A stretch of DNA of 61,437 nt, counting the filler, from Basidiobolus meristosporus CBS 931.73 (lineage: Eukaryota > Fungi > Basidiobolomycota): assembly GCA_002104905.1 (NCBI GenBank). It is 5 parts of 5 records of this genome, joined end to end, with 100 filler letters (N's around TTAATTAATTAA, not from the genome) between each part and the next. Parts side by side here need not be neighbours in the genome. Positions count along the whole stretch, not along the records: positions 12,659 to 23,115 come from MCFE01001300.1; 4 more parts are not named here. One strand, 5' to 3'. This document shows positions 13,831 through 23,115 of this stretch, in pieces. The first letter of the stretch is position 1. Each line of letters begins with the position of its first letter. Both the position numbers and the translations under genes were made by a program. Below the pieces are notes generated by a model. The model did not search any database. It was given only the letters and a program-made list of their open reading frames with translations, and was not told the DNA's origin.

Positions 13831-15033
13831 ACATTAACATTTAAAACTTAGCCAATTTCACTCTGTTGGAAAATCTAGTACCCAAACTGATTTTCCCTAA
13901 CCCAAACATAACTTATCCCTATTATGGTTTATTTTATCACTTCTCAGAATCCATTTTTAGCTGTCACACCTGATTCATTTTCAAGTGGTCATTACATCCT
14001 CAACTGATCTGCTAATCCTTTCCAAAGGATTAGTCATCTGAGATCTATCCAACCACTTAGTAGTTGCCAAGACATCAGCTGATTAATGATGCAATTTTTC
14101 ATTTATCTTATGCACCTATCAACACCCCAGCAGATTTCAATTAGTCCAGTCTCTTGGTGCTTACTAATTCAACTTGATCAGAATAATATAAACAATGATT
14201 ACTGAACCTTTTGGTTTAGTGTGTGTCTCAATGAAATAAAGATTGTGCCTCATCAAAATTAAGAATTCAGCAATTCAGTTCTAGTTTCCACCCAAGCCTA
14301 GCATATCTAGCATTCTCAAGAACACCAAGCCTAGCTTGTATAGCAAACCAACTCTGTTGCCCTTATAGCCCAACTCAACTATATACAAAACCAATATTAG
14401 ACCAGAACTTCTCTGCTGATATTTCTGTCACCCTTCACAATTCTAAGATTCTGCACTTAGTTGTCACTTAGGTTCAATTAACTCATTTAGGAGTATTTTA
14501 CACTTTTCTCTTGGATATAACATTTTTTTTGTTGAATTCCATCACATTCAACCGCTTTACAATATGTCCTCAGCAGCAAGCAATCCAAATCTTTTCATGT
14601 TTGAAGAAGCCTACAGAAATCAGGAAGAACTAACTAAACAGCTTGAAAACATCATGCATAAAAGAAACACTTTGATGCTTGAGTGTTGTAAAAATTCGTA
14701 TTTTCCACCTAAATATTCACCTAACTTAGTCACTTAGATCATCATCTTCAAATCCTAGAGAATACTGACCAAATTCCTTGTCGGGATTTACTTAGAATAT
14801 TTTCACCAAAATACCAGGTACCCAGAACATGAAAATTCTCAAAGTTGTCCAAACAGCCCCAAACTTTGCACACATGTTCTTGGGACCTTCCTTAATCTAT
14901 TCTACGTGTTTGTAATGCCAAGACCATGTAAAAGTATAAATACTACTTTTACATTCAATAAATCATTAAGTGAAAACCACATAATCTACTTGTTCTCCCA
15001 ATCACTTCCAATATCTCCAAGACTCTTACAACA

Positions 15034-15045
15034 GGTTATGAGCCC
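15034..15045 (+). promoter_or_regulatory. Primer-binding site complementary to the internal (anticodon) part of initiator tRNA-Met
   Basis: GGTTATGAGCCC directly after the 5' LTR, the half-tRNA priming type known from Drosophila copia and Ty5. Confidence 0.85.
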
Positions 15046-18000
15046 CGAGCTGTCACTCTCTGCAATGTCTACTACTGCTATTACTGGAATTTTTCCCTCT
15101 GCTGAAAAGTTGGATGGATCTAACTACCAAGTGTGGAAGGTGAAGATGAAGATGCTGCTACAAGAAAGAGGCCTTTGGGATATTGTCATGGGAGAAGAAT
15201 GCCCTCCTAAAAACGTGGGAGAGGAAGCCTTGAAGTACCAGAAGAAAGAACAAAGTGCCTTTAACTGCATTTGCCTTAATGTCAAGGACAAATTGCTAAT
15301 TCAATGCTCAAGAGCAAAAACGGCAAAGAATGCCTGGAAAGCATTAGAAGACACCTACCAGTCATGTTCAGCTGCCAAGAAAATGTATCTGAGAAGAAAA
15401 TTCTTTACTACAAAGATGCTGCCAGGAGAAGAAATGAAAAATCTAATTAACAGAATTACCCTGCTGGTAGATGAGATGGAATCTGTGGGCGTACCAACTA
15501 CTGATGAGGATGTGATAGTTACCATCCTGAATAGCCTGACAGACGAGTTTCAGGGCCTTGTATCAGCCCTAGAGTCCAGAACTGAAGATTTGACCTTAAA
15601 TTACGTATATGGAAGGCTCCTGGATGAAGAATTAAGAAAATCAAGCGCCAATAAGAAGGAAGAAGAAAATGCTTTAATAAGCAATGATAACCAACAAAGG
15701 AGGTACCCAAGACCCTACAAAGGCAACAGCAACCTATTTTGCAACTACTGCAAAAGGAAAGGACACACATCAGACCGGTGTTTCAAAAAGAGAGATTATC
15801 AGCAAAAGAAGCCTGAATATGGAAATGCTGTAACAACTGAAGATAGACTATTCATATCTGCACTAAATATGACCACAAACAAGGATTCTCAGACGTGGTA
15901 TATTGACTCTGGAGCTTCTCAACACTTTACACACCAAAAAGAACTTTTTACCCAATATCAAGAAATTCCAATTAAGAAGGTTTTCATGGGTGACGATAGA
16001 ACACTTGATGCAGTGGGAGAAGGAACTATCCAAGTAAACCTTAGAAGCAGTGAAGGAAGCCATACACTGACCTTTAAAGAAGTACTCTATGTACCAGAAA
16101 TAGCCAAGAACCTACTCTCTGTAAGCAAGGCCACAGCAGAAGGACTCAGTTTTAGTTTTGACAATTCTGGATGCAGGATCACTGATCAAAATGGTGCCCA
16201 TATTGCTTCGGGCATCAGAGATCAGAACCTATACAAGTTGACTTATATTCCATCATATCTGGAAGCCAATATAAGTAACTTAAATGAAGAAACACCAATG
16301 CTTTGGCACAGGAGATTTGGACACATCAATTTTGATTATTTGCGTAAAATGATCAAAGATCAGCTAATTTCTGGAGTGAAAATTGATCCCCCAGCTATTT
16401 TGGAGCACTGTGAAGCCTGCATATATGGGAAACAAGCCAGACAACCGTTCAAGAGCTCTGGGTTAATCAAAACTAAGAAAAAATTAGATCTAATTCACTC
16501 AGATCTGTGTGGACCTATGCAAAATTTATCCTTAGGCGGGATGAAGTATTTAATCACTTTTATTGATGATTATACAAGATACACATGGGTCTACTTCATG
16601 GAGAGAAAGGAAGAAGCTCTTTCTAAGCTCAGGGAGTTCAAAGCCATGGTGGAGAGAGAAACTGGTGAAAAAATCAAGAAAATACGCTCTGACAATGGTG
16701 GAGAATATACCTCAAAACTCTTCATCCACTTCTGCAAAATTCATGGGATAAAGCAAGAGACTACTGTACCATACTCCCCACAGCAAAATGGAGTAGCAGA
16801 ACGAGCTAACAGATCAATAATTGATATGGCAAGATCTATGATCCATGATCAAAAATTATCCTATGATTTTTGGGCGGAATCAGTTGCCACTGCTGTATAT
16901 CTTAAAAATAGGAGTTATAACAGAATACTTCGTGATTCTACTCCATTTGAAGCATGGTATGGATACAGACCAAGTGCAGAACATCTAAGAATATTTGGGT
17001 GTACAGCATATGCCAAAAAACTGGCCGGAAATCAGTCAAAATTTGAGCCAAAAAGTGTAAAATGCATATTTTTGGGCTACTGCAATGAGAGTAAGGCATA
17101 CAGACTCTACAATACCGAAGCAAAGAAGCTGATCAAGTCCAGGGATGTGTTGTTTGATGAAAATTCAAAATTTTCACAAAAAATGACATCAGATGATGAC
17201 GAAAATTTGATCTCAAGTCCACCAATTGTCAGGATTGAATCAGAGCAAAACAATGAAAATTTTTTCACTCCAGAGGACTCTACAACCGTGGTTCAGCCAG
17301 AATCAGTGCCCAGGAATATCCCAGAAGTGATCATTCCAGTATCAAATGCCCGGAGATCCAATCGGACAAGAAATAGCCCAAATTACTATATCAATGAGGG
17401 TACAAACTTAGCCTATGCCTATTCAGTCCATGTTGATGAACCCCAGACTGTAAAAGAGGCCCTAAATAGCCCTCAGACGAAGTTTTGGAGATCTGCAATG
17501 ACTGAGGAATATCAGGCCCTGATGGAAAATCAAACTTGGGACTTAGTCAAATTACCAATCAACCGAAAATCAATTGGATGCAGATGGGTCTTCAAGACAA
17601 AATACAAGGCTGATGGTACAATTGAAAGGTACAAAGCAAGACTTGTAGCCAAAGGATACTCTCAAACAAAAGGACTTGACTATACTGAGACCTTTGCACC
17701 GGTAGCCAAGTTTAATTCCATCAGATTAATATTGGCTATTGCAGCCAAATATAAGTTTTTTATTCATCAAATGGATGTAAAAACTGCATTTTTGAATGGA
17801 GAACTTGATGAGGACGTGTATATGGACCAGCCTGATGGTTTTGTTGACCAAGATAACCCCCATTTGGTCTGCAAGCTTAAAAAGTCACTATATGGTCTCA
17901 AACAATCACCGAGAGCCTGGAATTGCAAGATAGATTCTTATTTGGAATCTTTGAGTTTCAAAAGGAGTAATGCTGACTATAGTATATACTATAAGCCAGA

Positions 18001-19009
18001 TAGAGCAAATCCAGTTCTATTAGCTCTATATGTGGATGATCTTATTATAGCCGCCAATAACCTAGAAACATTGGAAGAGACTAAATCCAGCCTATCTAAG
18101 GAGTTCAAGATGTCCGATCTAGGAGAACTTAGTTACTACTTAGGGATTAAGTTCTCCATAGACAGAAGTACCCAGACTATTACCCTAAGCCAATCCAAGT
18201 ATATTCAAGATATACTAAAGAAGTACAAAATGGAAGACTGTAAACCGGCAGCTACCCCAATGGAGACAAACCTTAACTTGGTCAAAACTCAACCAAATCA
18301 AGAGAGCTTGGTGCCATCTGAAAGCCCTGACTTTCCTTATCAATCTATGGTCGGCAGTCTGATGTATATCATGCTTGGAACACGTCCAGATATCTCATAT
18401 TCAGTGGGAGTTGTCAGCCAACATAATCAGAATTATGGATCTGATCATATTGCAGCAGTTAAGCGGATTTTTAGATACCTAAAAGGAACTGCTGATATCT
18501 GTTTAAGATACACTTATAAGGATTCAGAACAGGATCTTGTGGGATACTCTGATGCTGATTGGGGACGAAATTTAGAAGACAGAAGATCCACCACAGGATA
18601 CACCTTTCTTTACTGTAAAGGAGCCATTTCATGGAATTCAAGAAAGCAACCAACCGTAGCACTTTCTACTACAGAGGCAGAGTATATGGCAGCCTGTGAA
18701 GCTACAAAAGAAGCAATGTGGTTAAGAAAGCTCTTTACAGATTTAGGCCTATGTCAAAAAACGCCTATTACTTTATTTCAAGATAATCAAGGATGTATAC
18801 AATTAGGTAGAAATCCAACTTTTCATGCTAGAACCAAGCACATAGATATTAGACATCATTTCATACGTGAAGCTATAGAGAATAACTTAGTTAGCTTAGT
18901 TTACTGTCCTACAGATGAAATGATTGCAGACATATTTACCAAACCATTAGCTAGAGACAAGTTTGAATATCTTAGGTCAAAATTAGGACTAGTCAGTATG
19001 AACATTTAG
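15038..19009 (+). CDS. Copia Gag-Pol polyprotein (Gag, CCHC knuckle, protease, integrase, RT, RNase H); alternative ATG at 15065
   Basis: Motifs CNYCKRKGHTSDRC, WYIDSGAS, LWHRRFGH..CEAC, IRSDNGGEY, YKARLVAKG, LYVDDL, YSDADW and KHIDIRHH, in copia order (IN before RT). Confidence 0.97.
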   Translation: MSPELSLSAMSTTAITGIFPSAEKLDGSNYQVWKVKMKMLLQERGLWDIVMGEECPPKNVGEEALKYQKKEQSAFNCICLNVKDKLLIQCSRAKTAKNAWKALEDTYQSCSAAKKMYLRRKFFTTKMLPGEEMKNLINRITLLVDEMESVGVPTTDEDVIVTILNSLTDEFQGLVSALESRTEDLTLNYVYGRLLDEELRKSSANKKEEENALISNDNQQRRYPRPYKGNSNLFCNYCKRKGHTSDRCFKKRDYQQKKPEYGNAVTTEDRLFISALNMTTNKDSQTWYIDSGASQHFTHQKELFTQYQEIPIKKVFMGDDRTLDAVGEGTIQVNLRSSEGSHTLTFKEVLYVPEIAKNLLSVSKATAEGLSFSFDNSGCRITDQNGAHIASGIRDQNLYKLTYIPSYLEANISNLNEETPMLWHRRFGHINFDYLRKMIKDQLISGVKIDPPAILEHCEACIYGKQARQPFKSSGLIKTKKKLDLIHSDLCGPMQNLSLGGMKYLITFIDDYTRYTWVYFMERKEEALSKLREFKAMVERETGEKIKKIRSDNGGEYTSKLFIHFCKIHGIKQETTVPYSPQQNGVAERANRSIIDMARSMIHDQKLSYDFWAESVATAVYLKNRSYNRILRDSTPFEAWYGYRPSAEHLRIFGCTAYAKKLAGNQSKFEPKSVKCIFLGYCNESKAYRLYNTEAKKLIKSRDVLFDENSKFSQKMTSDDDENLISSPPIVRIESEQNNENFFTPEDSTTVVQPESVPRNIPEVIIPVSNARRSNRTRNSPNYYINEGTNLAYAYSVHVDEPQTVKEALNSPQTKFWRSAMTEEYQALMENQTWDLVKLPINRKSIGCRWVFKTKYKADGTIERYKARLVAKGYSQTKGLDYTETFAPVAKFNSIRLILAIAAKYKFFIHQMDVKTAFLNGELDEDVYMDQPDGFVDQDNPHLVCKLKKSLYGLKQSPRAWNCKIDSYLESLSFKRSNADYSIYYKPDRANPVLLALYVDDLIIAANNLETLEETKSSLSKEFKMSDLGELSYYLGIKFSIDRSTQTITLSQSKYIQDILKKYKMEDCKPAATPMETNLNLVKTQPNQESLVPSESPDFPYQSMVGSLMYIMLGTRPDISYSVGVVSQHNQNYGSDHIAAVKRIFRYLKGTADICLRYTYKDSEQDLVGYSDADWGRNLEDRRSTTGYTFLYCKGAISWNSRKQPTVALSTTEAEYMAACEATKEAMWLRKLFTDLGLCQKTPITLFQDNQGCIQLGRNPTFHARTKHIDIRHHFIREAIENNLVSLVYCPTDEMIADIFTKPLARDKFEYLRSKLGLVSMNI

Positions 19010-19896
19010 CTGAGTGGGAGTGTTGTAAAAATTCGTATTTTCCACCTAAATATTCACCTAACTTAGTCACTTAGATCATCATCTTCAAATCCTAGAGAAT
19101 ACTGACCAAATTCCTTGTCGGGATTTACTTAGAATATTTTCACCAAAATACCAGGTACCCAGAACATGAAAATTCTCAAAGTTGTCCAAACAGCCCCAAA
19201 CTTTGCACACATGTTCTTGGGACCTTCCTTAATCTATTCTACGTGTTTGTAATGCCAAGACCATGTAAAAGTATAAATACTACTTTTACATTCAATAAAT
19301 CATTAAGTGAAAACCACATAATCTACTTGTTCTCCCAATCACTTCCAATATCTCCAAGACTCTTACAACATTGAGCACTCAAAGCTTACCAAGACAAGAT
19401 CTGACAATCATTGTAGAGATGAACTTCTTGAAGTTATTTCCAGTTACCAAGATGAAATTGGAATTATCCAAGAAGCCCTGGAGAATGTTGCCATTGTAAT
19501 TGACAGCATTGAAAATCTGCTAAGCCTTCCCTATGAAAAATTATTGAGATGATCGCGTCAAAAGGCCATCACAAATTTAATGTCCCGTGACTAAGAGGTA
19601 CTGATCTCATCAGGACACCATCCAGAGACCATTGAAAAATTATTGCACCCCAGATTTTACAAAAAACTTAATTAAATTTTTTCATCACAACAATACACAA
19701 GTGGCTTTTGATTGGTTCCCTGCCAATTTGCTCACTTTTTGATCCCAGACACTCTATTGCCTCCTATATCTGTGTGCACTGATTGGCTATTGCCTCTTTT
19801 TCACACTCCTTACTTCCTGACTCAACTGTTTCTCTTACTATTCATGCATACAAAAGATAGCTCTGACAAAGAAGGCTCACTGATGGATTATGAGCC

Positions 19897-20014
19897 TTAG
19901 GGGGAGACAGTCACCAACAGGTGAAATCTTTATTTCAGTTGAAACAAAGAAGCCAGCGCTACTGTTGTAGCTTTGATACAAGAGTGTGTAGCTGAGGGGA
20001 ATTTGTAGGTAAGT
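19897..20014 (-). mobile_element. 118-bp 3'-end fragment of the telomeric LINE
   Basis: Near-identical to 20015-20136 (apart from G-run length and one A/T difference). Begins TTAGGGGG on the + strand and is joined directly to TE relic DNA. Confidence 0.9.
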
Positions 20015-22301
20015 TTAGGGGGGGGGAGACAGTCACCAACAGGTGATATCTTTATTTCAGTTGAAACAAAGAAGCCAGCGCTACTGTTGTAGCTTTGATA
20101 CAAGAGTGTGTAGCTGAGGGGAATTTGTAGGTAAGTTAATAAGAAGTGATGATAGTTCTTCAGTGCTCAAGACACTGTTCAGTGGGAAGGGGGGTAGCAA
20201 GAGAGGTAAGAATGACTTGTGAACAACATTAATGAGGGGAATGTGATAAGGATTGATATTCATCATAAAGGGAGTGTACTGCTGCAGATATTGCTGCCAA
20301 AGGTCTGTCAAGTACTTCAGGTAGGCCAGCTTGGGTTTTTCTGATTGCAGAATATAGTGTGCAAACTTCTTGACTTCAGGATCTCCAAGTATAGTTCTCC
20401 AGCAGGAGTCAGGTGTTGTGTGGTGTGTTCTCTTCCAGGCCTTAATCAGTGGGTTGTTGCAGTTGTGAAGTCTGAGGTATAATCTGGTTCTAAGGTAGAG
20501 AAGTCTGATCTTATAGGGCATAAACCCAAAAGCACCAAGAATAGCATGTCTGTAGGGGCATTCAGGCAAATGAGGCACCAAGGAGGTAATGCACCATACT
20601 GCAAACTTGTCAAGCTTAGTGCAGTCTCTAGAAGTAAGAGAGAGAAGTGGTAAGCCAAATTCCAGGACAGGGAAGACAAACTGCTTAAGTAGAAGGAGGC
20701 AGCTGGGAGCTGAAGTTGTAGGAGGAGTAACAGCCAGTAGCTTGTGGAGTGCCTGTCTTGCAAGGATAATTCTCTTCTTCAGGTGTGCTCCAGAGTCTAG
20801 TCCAGTAGGAAGGAAAGGAAAGCCAAGATATGTAGCAGAAACCTGAGCAGGTAGAGTGGAGTTCTGCAAGTTGATGGGAGAGCCCAAAGGTACTGTCTTT
20901 GCAATGGAAAGCTGGAGATTATTCTTCTGCAGATACTGGTGGATGGTCTGGGAGTCTTGTTGTACATTGGAGGAGGATATTCTGATGTCATCAGCAAAGA
21001 GAGTAACCAGGCAGTCAGCTGAGAGTCTTGGGAAATCATTCAGGAAGATGGCAAACAGTATAGGACCAAGCACAGAGCCTTGAACCACTCCACTAGGAAC
21101 TGAGAACACAGCTGATTGCTCACTTGGGTGCAGAATTCTTGCTTGTGGATCCAGAAACAGAGACCTGACAAGGAGGGTGAGAGAGGTAGTGGAGAAGCAT
21201 TGCAACTTGGACCAAAGCAGATTTCTGTCAACTGAATCAAAGGCCTTAGTAATATCAAACAGAACAGAGGGATACTTGCACTGGAGAGAGTGATCTTGGC
21301 TAAGTATGACTGCATATTCCAAGGAGAGGCCAGGAACAAAGCCAAACTGTTCAGGATGAAACTTGAGGGAGTCAGAGTAGAGCTCCTGAGCAAGCAGAAG
21401 CTCAAACACCTTTCTGCAGGTGGGCAGCAGAGATATTGGCCTGTAGGAGCTAGGATCCAGGTGCTTTCCTTTACCCTTGTACAGTGGCAGAACATTTGCA
21501 AAGGACCATTCCTCAGGAGTAGAAAGCTGGGCTGAGCATTGCTGAAACAGTGGAAGCAGAAGTGCAGACATGGCCTTGGTACTAGTCTTCAGAAGCTCAT
21601 AGGAGATTGTGTCCACACCTGGAGCAGTAGAGTTGGGAAGCCTCTTGAGCACATTATGGATTCTCCTTTGATCAAGTGCAAGTGGGATGGGCAGAGTCTT
21701 GAAGTCAGGATGAAAGCCAGGAGTTGAGTACTGCTTTGTAGAGAAGAAGATGTTAGCCAGCTGTTCTGTTGAAGGTAACTTCCTGGAAGAGGGCCTCATT
21801 GCCCTGTAGAGTCTTGATACTGTTCTTGTTATAGAGTTGGAAGATTGCAGAGGCAAGGAACTCATAATATGATCCCAGAGCTGAGTATGCAGAGTGTGGT
21901 GAATTGCCTTGGAGTGGTGTATTGCTGTCAGGAGGAGTTTCTCTGTTTTTGGGTTAGGGAAACTCAGGTAGCTTTGTTGCAGGGCTGAAACAATGGATTC
22001 CCATTTTCTTGAGGTAACAGCAGTAGTCTTGCATGGCAGTGAGAGGGAGGCAGACACCAGAATCAGATGCTTCACAAAGAGCCAGGCATAGTTGAGATCA
22101 TCTGGCAGAGAAAGTAGCAAACTGGCAAGCTTCAAGTAGTTCCCAAAGTCTTTCTTCTGATTCTTGGTAGCTTTGTGGGTGAGCACAGTAAGTTTTGGCA
22201 GCTTCTTCTTCACAACTGGTTGCATAGAAAGGGACCAGGCTGGGTGGTCAGAGGCTCTCAAGGATCCTAGCTCAGCTCCAGAGAATTGCTTAACTTCATT
22301 C
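20015..22301 (-). mobile_element. 5'-truncated telomere-associated non-LTR retrotransposon
   Basis: RT ORF, ~65-nt 3' UTR with AATAAA, a stem-loop and a (C)nTAA tail. The 5' end is capped directly by (TTAGGG)5. Confidence 0.92.
20081..22301 (-). CDS. LINE-type reverse transcriptase, stop-free but lacking a start codon and most of the endonuclease
   Basis: Motifs PGVDTISYELLK, YRPISLL, QFGF, DITKAFDSV, GVVQGSVLGPILF, FADD and YLG. The N-terminal SDH motif marks the APE C-terminus. The frame stays open up to the telomeric repeats and there is no ATG upstream of SDH. Confidence 0.9.
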
Positions 22302-22331
22302 TTAGGGTTAGGGTTAGGGTTAGGGTTAGGG
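22302..22331 (+). repeat. Interstitial (TTAGGG)5
   Basis: Five perfect repeats between the LINE and the SINE-like element. Confidence 0.97.
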
Positions 22332-22854
22332 GAGGAAAGTCACCAAGTGGTGAAATCTTTATTTACTTATGACAAGTATCTAAAGAAGCCAAGTTATCTG
22401 AAGTTATTCCTAGAAAGCTAGGTCTGAGAGATATCTTCCTGGTAAGCCAGGTCTGAGAGTTGAGAAGCTGAGTGGTACTATATTTCCTAGTTAGCTAGGT
22501 CTGAGAGTGGTTTCCTGGAAAGCCAGGCCTGAGAAGTGAGAATCTGAATATATCTGAGCTAAGTTATACTGGTTTGCGGTAGCTGAATTGTGGCCGGAAT
22601 GGCCAGTAGACTGGGGGAACTGAGATGTATTTCTGGGCGATCACTGGCCAAATTTACTAGGCAAATCTGGCCAATTAGCATTTCAAGGATTTCAGCCAAT
22701 CAGAGCCTTTACTTTGCCCGATGGTTGATCAAGCCATCTCCCAATGAGCACACATCAACTTATTAATCAAATTTTGCTGGATCCAGGATTTGAACCCACA
22801 ACCATGGGTATGGAAGGGTTAGGGATAACCACAAGGCTAAGTGTTCTTGGTTCC
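22332..22854 (-). mobile_element. Non-coding SINE-like element with a tRNA-type head and a LINE-related 3' tail
   Basis: A box TAGCCTTGTGG (22839-22829) and B box GTTCAAATCC (22795-22786) at tRNA spacing. No TTTT on the sense strand, a 3' tail shared with the LINE, and TTAGGG on both flanks. Confidence 0.75.
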
Positions 22855-22860
22855 TTAGGG

Positions 22861-22915
22861 TTAGGGGGAGGAAAGTCACCAAGTGGTGAAATCTTTATTT
22901 ACTTATGACAAGTAT
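22861..22915 (-). mobile_element. 55-bp 3'-end fragment of the SINE-like element
   Basis: Identical to 22326-22379 apart from G-run length, then switches straight into the terminal telomere tract. Confidence 0.9.
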
Positions 22916-23115
22916 TTAGGGTTAGGGTTAGGGTTAGGGTTAGGGTTAGGGTTAGGGTTAGGGTTAGGGTTAGGGTTAGGGTTAGGGTTAGGGTTAGGGT
23001 TAGGGTTAGGGTTAGGGTTAGGGTTAGGGTTAGGGTTAGGGTTAGGGTTAGGGTTAGGGTTAGGGTTAGGGTTAGGGTTAGGGTTAGGGTTAGGGTTAGG
23101 GTTAGGGTTAGGGTT
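22916..23115 (+). repeat. Terminal telomere (TTAGGG)33
   Basis: 200 nt of perfect TTAGGG running to the contig end. Confidence 0.98.

Larger units (their letters stand above)
14684..19370 (+). mobile_element. Intact Ty1/copia LTR retrotransposon, 4687 bp
   Basis: 350-bp TG...CA LTRs at 14684-15033 and 19021-19370 that appear identical. TSD TTGAG, PBS, PPT GAGTGGGAG (19012-19020), and a single gag-pol ORF. Confidence 0.98.
14564..19552 (+). pseudogene. Hidden 98-aa helical ORF split by the copia insertion (14564-14683 + 19376-19552)
   Basis: Removing the element and one TSD copy gives an uninterrupted ATG-to-TGA frame MSSAASNPNLFMFEEAYRNQEELTKQLEN...ENLLSLPYEKLLR. Confidence 0.55.

Noticed and set aside
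12700-14250. Short duplicated segment (13021-13057 and about 14202-14238) as a retroelement relic
   Set aside because: It is too decayed to translate into any recognisable motif.
14906-15037. N-terminal extension of Gag starting inside the LTR (also 781-972, 53106, 55029)
   Set aside because: The ORF finder used alternative starts in LTR sequence. The first plausible ATGs are at 15038 and 15065, after the LTR.
21951-21959. GGGTTAGGG inside the LINE ORF as a functional telomere seed
   Set aside because: It is a single 9-mer within coding sequence (FPNP) and no truncation maps there in this window, so it could be chance.
20081-22261. Assignment of the telomeric RT to Penelope-like (Athena/Coprina) elements or to TERT
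   Set aside because: The motifs (PGVD, YRPISLL, QFGF, KAFD, QGSVLGP) and the SDH remnant are those of APE-class non-LTR RTs.
22409-22527. CRISPR-like interpretation of the repeated palindromes
   Set aside because: The context is eukaryotic, the spacers are themselves repeated, and there are no cas genes.
22332-22854. The 520-nt element as telomerase RNA because of CCCUAACCCU near its 5' end
   Set aside because: I found no template-adjacent pseudoknot or CR4/5-like domain. Its LINE-type tail, A/B boxes and truncated duplicate fit a retroposed SINE better. A covariance search would settle it.
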